From a virus (taxonomy: Duplodnaviria; Caudoviricetes): 64,000 nucleotides of DNA. Where the stretch lies: positions 32,001 to 96,000 of IMG/VR virus record IMGVR_UViG_3300037247_001786; one strand, given 5' to 3'. Below the pieces are notes generated by a model. The model was not told the DNA's origin, did no database searches, and saw only the letters and a program-made list of their open reading frames with translations. Shown one piece after another: positions 56,014 through 64,000 of the stretch. Made by a program: the position numbers and the translations under genes. The stretch's first letter is position 1. Each line of letters opens with the position of its first letter.

Positions 56014-56999
56014 TAGGCTAAAGCCTTAATAATTAAAGATTGCGACCATCCTAAAGGAGTGTTTTTATTAGGACGAGTGTCTCTGATATAAAGTTCAGGA
56101 AGTTCTAATTTTGTATTCATTGTACTGATGGTTTTTTCTACATATTCTTTATATTTATTTATATTTCCTAATTGACGATAACATATCGCCATCCAGGGAA
56201 ATCCCATTGTCCAACTTGCTTCTTTGTTGTCGTAATAATATTTATCATTTGGATATCTTATAATCCCCTTCTTCCTAATCAGATTTTTTTCAATATTATT
56301 TAATATAGTTATTGCCATTTTTTCATCTACCACATTATATGGGTATACTAGACTTAGTAATGATAAGTCTGTATCTTTAGTAATTGACTCTTTGGGTAGT
56401 AAATTATTTAAAGTATTTTGTCCTTTTTCTATTAATTGTTTAGGGACATTTGTAAAATGTGATATTTCTTTTAATCCTGCTACGCATGCTCCTACTGATG
56501 AGGAATGCACTTCTTTATTTTCTTCCCATATTCCATTATCTTTATCTTTCCAATATTGTATGGAGTTAAGATATTTAGCTAACTTATTAATAATATTTTT
56601 GTCTGCCTTATTTCTTATAATATTATAATTTTGTTTTTGAAGATAACCTACAAAATAAAGAAAGCCTCCTATTGAGTCGTTTTGTTTCCATCCCCAACCT
56701 TCTTTAATTTCTTCCAGGTTTTCCGTGTAGAGAGGATGGAGAAATTTATAATCTTCTGTTGGTTTTTCTTTTATAACATCATTTATTTTCCACTGAAATT
56801 TAATAAAAAGATCCAATAGTCTATGATATATTTGCTCAACTGTTTTTTTATCTTTTATTGCCTCAAAAGCAAGTGATATATAGAGGTTATCTCTAATCCA
56901 TATCCTATCATATCCTGTATCCACATTTTTTCTACTTGCTCGAAATAAGCCACTTTCTGTTTGCATCTCTTTAAGATATTTAATTGAGGTATTAATCAT
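56010..56999 (-). CDS. glycoside hydrolase family 15-like
   Basis: GYDRIWIRDN, DNGIWEE, HSSSVGACVAGL, D.SLLSLVYP, GIIRY.ND.YY, LPELY. Confidence 0.8.
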   Translation of the reverse strand: MINTSIKYLKEMQTESGLFRASRKNVDTGYDRIWIRDNLYISLAFEAIKDKKTVEQIYHRLLDLFIKFQWKINDVIKEKPTEDYKFLHPLYTENLEEIKEGWGWKQNDSIGGFLYFVGYLQKQNYNIIRNKADKNIINKLAKYLNSIQYWKDKDNGIWEENKEVHSSSVGACVAGLKEISHFTNVPKQLIEKGQNTLNNLLPKESITKDTDLSLLSLVYPYNVVDEKMAITILNNIEKNLIRKKGIIRYPNDKYYYDNKEASWTMGFPWMAICYRQLGNINKYKEYVEKTISTMNTKLELPELYIRDTRPNKNTPLGWSQSLIIKALAY

Positions 57000-57049
57000 A
57001 TATATATTTTCGGCGATAATGAATCAAAACCTTTATAGTCGATACATAT

Positions 57050-57505
57050 ATGAAGTTATTTATGGAGAATAAAATGAAATGTAGAAAAATAGAAATATAT
57101 GACCCTCAAGAAGACTGTTATGCGGAAATAGATGTTAGTGCAGTTTTTACTTTAGCCGTTGTCGCATCTGGGTTTAATAAATGTCAAAAAGAAAATGAAT
57201 ATTATGGTATAAATATTGGGATAGCTATACCATTTAAAAACGAGGAGGCTGGAGAGGCTTTCTTTAAAAGATATTGGGATCCAATTTTTAGACAAACTGG
57301 AATATTAAAGATATTTCTAATCGGGGAAGACGGAGAGAGAATTCCTGCAAAAATTGGAGAAGGTAATTTATATGACCCAGCCTATGAAAGTGCTTGTTTA
57401 TTTGGGTATATCGTTCCAGAAATGATAGCTAGTGATGAACTTCCAGAAGTAAAGCATAAAGAGAAAGCTACATTTGGAGCTTATTTAGCTCAATTAAGAA
57501 AATAA
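57050..57505 (+). CDS. hypothetical protein (likely start 57074)
   Basis: GGAG RBS before MKCRK. Confidence 0.65.
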   Translation: MKLFMENKMKCRKIEIYDPQEDCYAEIDVSAVFTLAVVASGFNKCQKENEYYGINIGIAIPFKNEEAGEAFFKRYWDPIFRQTGILKIFLIGEDGERIPAKIGEGNLYDPAYESACLFGYIVPEMIASDELPEVKHKEKATFGAYLAQLRK

Positions 57506-57550
57506 ATATTATTTTAATGGGGCCCGTAAGCCCTGAAAGGAGTTGTTCCT

Positions 57551-58003
57551 ATGAAAAAGAAAGATTATGTATATGATGCGTTAAAAATTTTAATTGATAT
57601 CTCTAAAAACGCACAGGACGCTCGTCCTGAACTTGAGAAGTCAATGGGTATTACCTCTTGGTCCAAAGAGATTTGTACGGTCAGGGCGACTACAGCAAGG
57701 GCGGGAGGGCATACAACTGCTATCTCTAGACTAATTAATGAAGACAATATGAATCTAGGCGTTATCTTTGCTAATTACCACAGTGTAAAATTATTTAGAG
57801 AAAAAGATAATCTATCCTTTTGCACCACGATGAAGAGCTATGAGGAGCATTTATGGGGACGAAGATTAGATGATTTAGATGGAATTGTTATCGATAGAGC
57901 CTATTTAATGTCTTCAAAACAACAATCAGATCTTTATCATATGATATTACCAGCTATTTGTTATAAACCTAAAAAACATTTCTTTTTTATATTTCTTCAG
58001 TAA
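57551..58003 (+). CDS. hypothetical protein with degenerate P-loop-like R..GHTT
   Basis: ARAGGHTTAI...LDGIVID; AAGGAG RBS. Confidence 0.55.
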   Translation: MKKKDYVYDALKILIDISKNAQDARPELEKSMGITSWSKEICTVRATTARAGGHTTAISRLINEDNMNLGVIFANYHSVKLFREKDNLSFCTTMKSYEEHLWGRRLDDLDGIVIDRAYLMSSKQQSDLYHMILPAICYKPKKHFFFIFLQ

Positions 58004-58018
58004 TATTTTCAAGGATTT

Positions 58019-59563
58019 TTGGGCAAATATATAAATAATATAGATATGGCAGATACACCCATCCCAAAACCAAGAGAAACGTTTTTTGTAACAAATGTTG
58101 CAAATTTTGATATAAAAATAACAGATATTCCATCTATCCCAGTTATTAAACCGGGACAAAGAATAGATCTATTAGTATATGCTCGTAGAACCATAGTTAG
58201 CTCATCTACGGTCGTTACTAGATCTATTACTAACGGATTTTTATTAGCAGAAGAATTTGTACATACTCATGATGATAAGTCTGATACTGGACATACTCAT
58301 AAATTAAATGAGATAACAGACGTAACCGCCTCTACTGAAGAATTAACTCAACTAACCAATGGTAGCGATGCCGATGATTTACATATTCATGGCAATAGTT
58401 TAGATAGTGACCATTTAACAGATTTTGATCATGATAATATCTCTAATAATACAGACAAAAGGCACGATGAAGCCCATACTATAGTAAGCCATAGCGACAC
58501 ATCGGCTACAGGCACAGAATTAAATACCTTAACAAATGGTAATAACGCCGATGCTTTACATGTTCATAATTTAACGACTAATGTAGATCATAATTCTATA
58601 ACTAATACTCATAATTTAACAACTAATATAAACCATAATTCAATAACTAATGCTCATAATTTAACAACTAATATAAATCATAACTCTATAACTAATGCAC
58701 ATAACTTAACAACTGATATAGACCACAACTCTCTTTATAATTTTATAGCAAATAAACATATTGATTGGACGAATGCAACCCAAAATTTATTAACTACAGG
58801 AGACATCTCTATTAATTCTAACTCTTCTAGATTATATTTTGGAGAAAATCAAGAATCTTCCATCTATTTTGATGGAATAAATTTAAATATAACTCTTGAT
58901 GAGCCTTCTTCGGGAGGAGTAATAAATTTACAAGATGATGTTCATTTAATTTCAGATTTAGTCTTTGCAAAAGAAAGTGGAAATGGAATAAAGATAGACA
59001 CATCTGACCCTAGTTATGGATGGGCAGACATGATAGGAAATATCACATATCGTGGCGTCGGACCAACTGATCCATCTCTTTCTGTTTATATAACTAATAT
59101 TAGACAATATCAATTTGCTGTTAATGACGAAACCTGGATAGAATTTCATATTCCCCACGATTATGTAGAGGGGACAGATATCTATATTCATGCTCACTGG
59201 AGCCATATCGCAGGAGGAGTTACAGGAGGAAGCGTAACTTGGGGGTTTAATATAGCCTATGCGAAAGGGCATGACCAAGCGGCATTTAATTCTACAACTG
59301 TCGATACAACTGTTGTTGGTAATGCGAACACAACTCCATATCAACATATAATAACAGAAATTAAGATTTCGGGGGTCTCGCCTGCAGCATCTGAAATAGA
59401 TACAAATGATATAGAAGTTGATGGATTAGTATTAGTAAGGGCATACTTAAGTTCAAATGATATGACTGGAGCTACCCCTGACCCATTTTTGCACTTTGTC
59501 GATATCCATTACCAATCTACAGGCATTGGAACGAAACAAAAAGCTCCAGATTTTTACATTTAA
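58019..59563 (+). CDS. tail-fibre-like virion protein with His-rich repeats (likely start 58046)
   Basis: HTH/LHIH/LHVH motifs, 15-aa repeats and a C-terminal beta domain. Confidence 0.6.
   Translation: MGKYINNIDMADTPIPKPRETFFVTNVANFDIKITDIPSIPVIKPGQRIDLLVYARRTIVSSSTVVTRSITNGFLLAEEFVHTHDDKSDTGHTHKLNEITDVTASTEELTQLTNGSDADDLHIHGNSLDSDHLTDFDHDNISNNTDKRHDEAHTIVSHSDTSATGTELNTLTNGNNADALHVHNLTTNVDHNSITNTHNLTTNINHNSITNAHNLTTNINHNSITNAHNLTTDIDHNSLYNFIANKHIDWTNATQNLLTTGDISINSNSSRLYFGENQESSIYFDGINLNITLDEPSSGGVINLQDDVHLISDLVFAKESGNGIKIDTSDPSYGWADMIGNITYRGVGPTDPSLSVYITNIRQYQFAVNDETWIEFHIPHDYVEGTDIYIHAHWSHIAGGVTGGSVTWGFNIAYAKGHDQAAFNSTTVDTTVVGNANTTPYQHIITEIKISGVSPAASEIDTNDIEVDGLVLVRAYLSSNDMTGATPDPFLHFVDIHYQSTGIGTKQKAPDFYI
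58565..58732 (+). repeat. 45-nt coding tandem repeat HNLTTN(I/V)(N/D)HNSITN(A/T), ~3.7 copies
   Basis: Visible in both protein and DNA. Confidence 0.9.
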
Positions 59564-59664
59564 AAAATAAAAAAGGATTTTCAAAGAAATCTTAAAATAA
59601 TACTTATACGCACAATGTGCAGGAAATGAAAAATAAAATTATTGATTAAAAAAGGAGAATAATA

Positions 59665-60150
59665 ATGGCTGTTACTATTCCTAGCGACAAGGGGAAACCA
59701 GGACTTCCTCAATTTCAACTAACTGGTAACCAAATTACTAGCGAGAACCCACAGGCAACTACTGCTTTATCAAGCTCGACAATTGATGCTTGGGTAGTTA
59801 AGAGTGGAAACGACTTTACCCAACAAGACGTTATACTGATGAGTCAGACTGTTACGGTTGGCATTATCGATGCTGCAGGCGGAGGAAACTCTATCCCTAC
59901 ATATAGCACTGCTGGCGATTTTACTGGCGGAAAACCGTTTACCAACAATACAATTGGTGGCAATTTCGAAATATATTACACTCTAAATGGCAAAGACCCT
60001 GTAAGAACAAAGGCTTACTTATATACAGGTACTTTTGTTTTATCAGATAACAAATCCGGCTCAGATAATACAATTATTAAAGCAAGAAGTTATTTGAATG
60101 GTTTAGCAAGCGATGTTGCTAAAATAGAGTTAAGAATTGCCGGAGTTTAA
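59665..60150 (+). CDS. virion protein with chitobiase/Fn3-associated C-terminal domain
   Basis: IYYTLNGKDP.....LYTG.F.L......IIKAR pattern; AAGGAG RBS. Confidence 0.7.
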   Translation: MAVTIPSDKGKPGLPQFQLTGNQITSENPQATTALSSSTIDAWVVKSGNDFTQQDVILMSQTVTVGIIDAAGGGNSIPTYSTAGDFTGGKPFTNNTIGGNFEIYYTLNGKDPVRTKAYLYTGTFVLSDNKSGSDNTIIKARSYLNGLASDVAKIELRIAGV

Positions 60151-60265
60151 CCTTTAAGGAAAATTAACTATGTTTAATCTACTTATAGGAAAAATAGGCT
60201 GGAATAAAATCAACAATATTGTTGATGATATTAATTAGTCTACGCAAAAAATAATAGTTTAATAG

Positions 60266-60298
60266 AAAGTCCACTTTTTTACAGAGTGGACTTTTTTT
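60266..60298 (+). terminator. intrinsic terminator
   Basis: AAAGTCCACT...AGTGGACTTT followed by a T run. Confidence 0.8.
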
Positions 60299-60353
60299 AT
60301 GTAAAAATTCGATATATAACTGTTAGATATTAAAAGATAGACAGGAGAAAAAG

Positions 60354-61034
60354 ATGATAATATTTGTAGATGTTAATTTAAGAGAGATTCACGTGTACGC
60401 AGAGGATGGATTAAAAAAAATAGCATTCCATAACGCACATACACTTGAGTCTGTAATTGGCAATAAAAAAGTTAGATACATTACCAATATAGTAGAAACT
60501 ACTCCAAATGAAATAGCTAATTTAGTCAGAGGGATATCTGGGCAACAACCCCTTACTACGCAAACACAAAGAACGATAGGACCAGATTTAGATGTTATAA
60601 TAAAAACAGAGTATCTTCATTCTATCTCAAAAGGAACTCTCCTAGTGTCAGATCTAGGAATAAGATTTGACGGATCAGCAGATTGTAAACCTTTTAATGA
60701 AAAGATGAAAGAACAAATTAAACAGTCTCCGATTATGAGAAATCTTATTAAAAAAGGAACTCTCGAAATTGTCGGAGAGCAAAGAAAAAATGAACTTTTA
60801 ATAGATAATAGAAAAGATCAAACAAAACAACTACAGAGACAATCGGCTAGGGACGCATCATTAGATGCAATAATTATGAAAGAAAAAGTAGGAGACTGGG
60901 ATGGGAATATAGGAATGTCAGACTCCGCAATAGAAATAAATATTAACCCAAGCAGAATAGGAGGAGGGTCAGCCGAGAGTCATGGGGCAGCTACTATGTC
61001 AGACTTGCAAGATATGATAGACGGAACGGCATAA
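60354..61034 (+). CDS. hypothetical protein
   Basis: AGGAG RBS; long ORF. Confidence 0.7.
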   Translation: MIIFVDVNLREIHVYAEDGLKKIAFHNAHTLESVIGNKKVRYITNIVETTPNEIANLVRGISGQQPLTTQTQRTIGPDLDVIIKTEYLHSISKGTLLVSDLGIRFDGSADCKPFNEKMKEQIKQSPIMRNLIKKGTLEIVGEQRKNELLIDNRKDQTKQLQRQSARDASLDAIIMKEKVGDWDGNIGMSDSAIEININPSRIGGGSAESHGAATMSDLQDMIDGTA

Positions 61035-61035
61035 T

Positions 61036-61767
61036 ATGAAAATACTTATAACAAATTTCGGAACAGTAGTAGATAATATAGCATCTTCTAGCGTGTTAAA
61101 AAGGCTTAAAGGGAGAGTAGAGTCCCCCGATATAACATGGTGCGTTAAACAAAAAGATCACAAAAATATCTTTAAATATAATAAATCTATCAATAAGGTC
61201 ATATCACTAGAAGAACTAATTAGTCTAGAAGAGACATTCGATCTCCTTATCAATCTTAACCCGTTTTTACCTCATAAAATATGTAACAAAATAAAAATAA
61301 TAGATACATTAGGTTTTGGATTTAATGAGGAAAATAAATCCTTCGAGACAGTAATAGAGGGAGATAAAGAACTTGTAGGGATGAATGTCTTCCAGATGTA
61401 TTATAAGCTCGCTGGAATGACCTGGAAGGGAGAAGGGTACGATATAGGGTACAATCCTAGAAGCCGCTCAAAGAAGAATAGGGCAGGAGTAGCTGTCGCA
61501 CATGCTAATTTAAGAAACTACCTTTCAGAAGAACTAGATTTAGATTCCATGAAATTATGGCACATACCATATAAAAAAAATATATTTAAAAAAATGGACG
61601 AAATTAATAGATGCTCTAAAATAGTAACTGACGATATGCTAACATTACACCTAGCGGTCTCTCTAAGAAAATATGTTTACTTCTTAAAAACCTCTTCTAC
61701 AAATACAAAATTAGAATTATTTGGAAATGGGGAGATATACGAAGTACCTAAAAAAATATTCAAATAA
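61036..61767 (+). CDS. diverged GT9 (heptosyltransferase-like) glycosyltransferase
   Basis: N-terminal G.VVD...SSSVLKRLK......ITW.V......IFK.N..I.KVI and late IVT.D...LHLAVSL.K pattern. Confidence 0.5.
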   Translation: MKILITNFGTVVDNIASSSVLKRLKGRVESPDITWCVKQKDHKNIFKYNKSINKVISLEELISLEETFDLLINLNPFLPHKICNKIKIIDTLGFGFNEENKSFETVIEGDKELVGMNVFQMYYKLAGMTWKGEGYDIGYNPRSRSKKNRAGVAVAHANLRNYLSEELDLDSMKLWHIPYKKNIFKKMDEINRCSKIVTDDMLTLHLAVSLRKYVYFLKTSSTNTKLELFGNGEIYEVPKKIFK

Positions 61768-61782
61768 CTACAAAGGACATAT

Positions 61783-62619
61783 ATGCATTTTAAAATGAAT
61801 AGAAGAAACGATACAGAATTTATTAATATCAATGAATTAAAAAAGAAACAAATAGTTGATAAAATACCAGAACCTATTATCTATTCTCCAGAAGACTATG
61901 GAATCTCCGCAAAATATACAGGAGAAAAAGTGAAAATACTTATCATAGATTCAGGAGTGCCAACTCATAAAAATATTAAAAATAAAAAAGAATCACATAA
62001 TTTCGCAGACGAAAATGGAGAAACAAACGACGATACAGGACACTCCACTATAGTCTCCGGACTAATAGGCTCAAAAAATAAACAATCACTCATAGGAATA
62101 GCTTACAACTCTGAACTATTATTCGCAAAAATTATAAACAATAAAGGAGATAGCGACTACAACTCAATAGTCTCCTCTATATTGTGGGGAGTAGTCGAAG
62201 ATGTTGATATTATCGTTATGGCTCTAGGATCACAATATGACTATAAAATATTACATGATGCTATTATAAAAGCACGCAATAGGGGAATATGTATCTTCGC
62301 TGCCGCCGGAAACCATATAAACGAAGAAGGAAGCGAAATAAACTACCCAGCAAGATACCCCGAAGTCTTCTCTGTAGGAAACCTAACAAGATCAAAAAAA
62401 ACCAATCTTAAAATACTCGAAAAAGTTGACTTCGCTATCAAAAATAAAATGACATATTCCACTTATTTAAAAAATAAATATGTTAAAACTAGCGGATCAA
62501 GCATCGCAACAGCTATAGTGGCAGGGATAGGATCAATACTTATAGAAAAAAATAAAAGAACAAGTAAAAAAAATATGCCAACAAAAATCTACACTGAACT
62601 ACAAAAAATAATAGGATAA
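61783..62619 (+). CDS. subtilisin-like (S8) serine protease
   Basis: ILIIDSGV (Asp), DDTGHST.VSG.I (His), AAAGN, SGSSIATA.VAG (Ser). Confidence 0.8.
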   Translation: MHFKMNRRNDTEFININELKKKQIVDKIPEPIIYSPEDYGISAKYTGEKVKILIIDSGVPTHKNIKNKKESHNFADENGETNDDTGHSTIVSGLIGSKNKQSLIGIAYNSELLFAKIINNKGDSDYNSIVSSILWGVVEDVDIIVMALGSQYDYKILHDAIIKARNRGICIFAAAGNHINEEGSEINYPARYPEVFSVGNLTRSKKTNLKILEKVDFAIKNKMTYSTYLKNKYVKTSGSSIATAIVAGIGSILIEKNKRTSKKNMPTKIYTELQKIIG

Positions 62620-62694
62620 GATAACAAATCAAGGACTATTTGCCAAAAAATAGAATATGATTTTAAAGCTATATATTTTAAAAGGATACCTATT

Positions 62695-63120
62695 ATGGCA
62701 GATAATGACATAGTTAAAAAAGATATTTGCGAAGAAAAACATAAATCAATTAAAACTGAAATAGTTGGACTAAAAGCAAATATAACAACTTCAAAAGAAT
62801 CACTCAGCAATAGACTAGACGAAGTCGATATCGCATTACTAGGAGATAGAACCGACCCAGGAGGACTACTTAGAGATATTATAGAAATAGAAAAAGAACT
62901 AAAAGCACATCAAGAAAAAGTGACCAAAGAACTAAGAAAACAAAATAACAAAATATATGTAGGACTAATAATACTAGCCCTAATATTCGGAGGAAAATTC
63001 CTGGGAGTAAGTATCGATACTATTAAAAACTTCTTCGAAACAAAAACAACTATTAAAAATGTACAACCAGAAAAAATAGAATTCGTATACGATATCCCTA
63101 CATGGGAGGAAAATAAATAA
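62695..63120 (+). CDS. coiled-coil protein with one C-terminal transmembrane helix
   Basis: Heptad region followed by IYVGLIILALIFGG. Confidence 0.65.
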   Translation: MADNDIVKKDICEEKHKSIKTEIVGLKANITTSKESLSNRLDEVDIALLGDRTDPGGLLRDIIEIEKELKAHQEKVTKELRKQNNKIYVGLIILALIFGGKFLGVSIDTIKNFFETKTTIKNVQPEKIEFVYDIPTWEENK

Positions 63121-64000
63121 TGCCTACAATTACAGCAGTTACAGATAAAAGAGGGAGATTCAGACAAAACGATTGGGGAGTACTAATGCTAGCAATAACT
63201 GATAGCCACGGAAACCCAAGAGATGCCGAAGATATCTCCATAAGAATATATCAAGGATCAGATACAGTCGATTTTGATTCAGATATACCAATGCAAGTAG
63301 ATGACGGAAATTATGTATTCGAATGGGACATAGATGCAGACCAATCTACAGGAGAATATACCGCAGATTGGATGTTCACTGTAAATGATGCAGACTATAC
63401 AGAAACACAAACCTTTATCGTACATCCAGGATCAGATACCTCTTCAGCAGATATACTATATAATGAAAGATTAATAGCATTTAGAGAAGGACTAGAAAAG
63501 TTAATTATATGTGCTCAACAAATACCTGTGTATTTCGAACAAGCTAAACCATCTTTTGATAGAAAAAAATTCTCATTCTCTTATGGAAGATGGAACCAGT
63601 CACAAAGAGTTAAAGTATATAGAAATAAAAAAATTATGACCGAGGGAGTAGAAGTTAATTACTTTAAAGGAACAATAACTTTTGATGAAGAAATACTACC
63701 ACAAGATATTGTTAATGTAGATTATGACTTCAGATGGTTCACTGATGAGGAACTAGATGCATTCTTAAATAATTCACTTATGGCTTTTAATAGCTTCCCA
63801 CCTGTACAAGGATTTAATCTAATGAATGTACCAGCTATCCATATGCCAGTTATATTATATGGAGCAGCGAAAGATGCTATAAGACAAATAATGATGTGCC
63901 TTATGTTCCAAGAACCACAACAAGTATTTGGAGGACCAGAAAATGCACAAAAAGCATTCGGACAAATGGAAACTCTAAAACAAAATTATGAAAAAGATTG
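63120..64000 (+). CDS. putative neck/head-tail connector protein, runs off the window (not in ORF track)
   Basis: ATG overlaps the previous TAA; open to the edge; Ig-like start then DYDFRWFTDEELDAFL...ILYGAAKDAI connector-like helices. Confidence 0.55.
   Translation, partial: MPTITAVTDKRGRFRQNDWGVLMLAITDSHGNPRDAEDISIRIYQGSDTVDFDSDIPMQVDDGNYVFEWDIDADQSTGEYTADWMFTVNDADYTETQTFIVHPGSDTSSADILYNERLIAFREGLEKLIICAQQIPVYFEQAKPSFDRKKFSFSYGRWNQSQRVKVYRNKKIMTEGVEVNYFKGTITFDEEILPQDIVNVDYDFRWFTDEELDAFLNNSLMAFNSFPPVQGFNLMNVPAIHMPVILYGAAKDAIRQIMMCLMFQEPQQVFGGPENAQKAFGQMETLKQNYEKD

Noticed and set aside
61783-62619. S8 protease as the prohead protease
   Set aside because: A protease with appropriate motifs and position already exists at the N-terminus of 42390..47894.
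1-64000. Reverse transcriptase/DGR/retron, cas genes, phage-nucleus shell, tubulin or multisubunit RNA polymerase
   Set aside because: No YADD-type RT, Cas, PhuZ or RNAP motifs were recognised in any ORF of this window; absence elsewhere in the genome cannot be judged.

Overview
A 64-kb, AT-rich segment of a large tailed-phage genome. The host is probably bacterial: the window has a sigma-70-family FliA/WhiG-like sigma factor and sigma-70-type promoters, with weak hints of a PVC/Planctomycetota host. The left ~22 kb is accessory and metabolic: two tRNA-like genes with inserts in the anticodon loop, small effector-type genes sharing an N-terminal MNWYKIAQ leader (GNAT, ADP-ribosyltransferase-like, PcfJ-like), nadE and pncB, a sigma factor, a macro domain, HNH and GIY-YIG nucleases, a class II ribonucleotide reductase with an intein, and dUTPase. 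The middle (22-49.5 kb) is the head module: terminase large subunit, several putative internal head proteins, a portal fused to a DUF559-like nuclease domain, a 1834-aa prohead protease/scaffold, a head decoration protein and the HK97-type major capsid protein. To the right lie a self-contained operon (promoter, a 711-aa helical+TerD-like protein, a ~110-nt structured RNA, three covarying stem-loop RNAs, terminator), a higher-GC polysaccharide-deacetylase island, GH15, and tail/neck genes. Strongest leads: (1) the TerD-like protein with its ncRNA array, resembling a Ro60/Y-RNA-type ribonucleoprotein; (2) a capsid-targeting leader plus K-x-A processing motif; (3) tRNA-like genes with interrupted anticodon loops; (4) a PncB+NadE NAD route; (5) a probable -1 frameshift upstream of the portal gene. 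Family names come from motif recognition by eye; no database searches were run.
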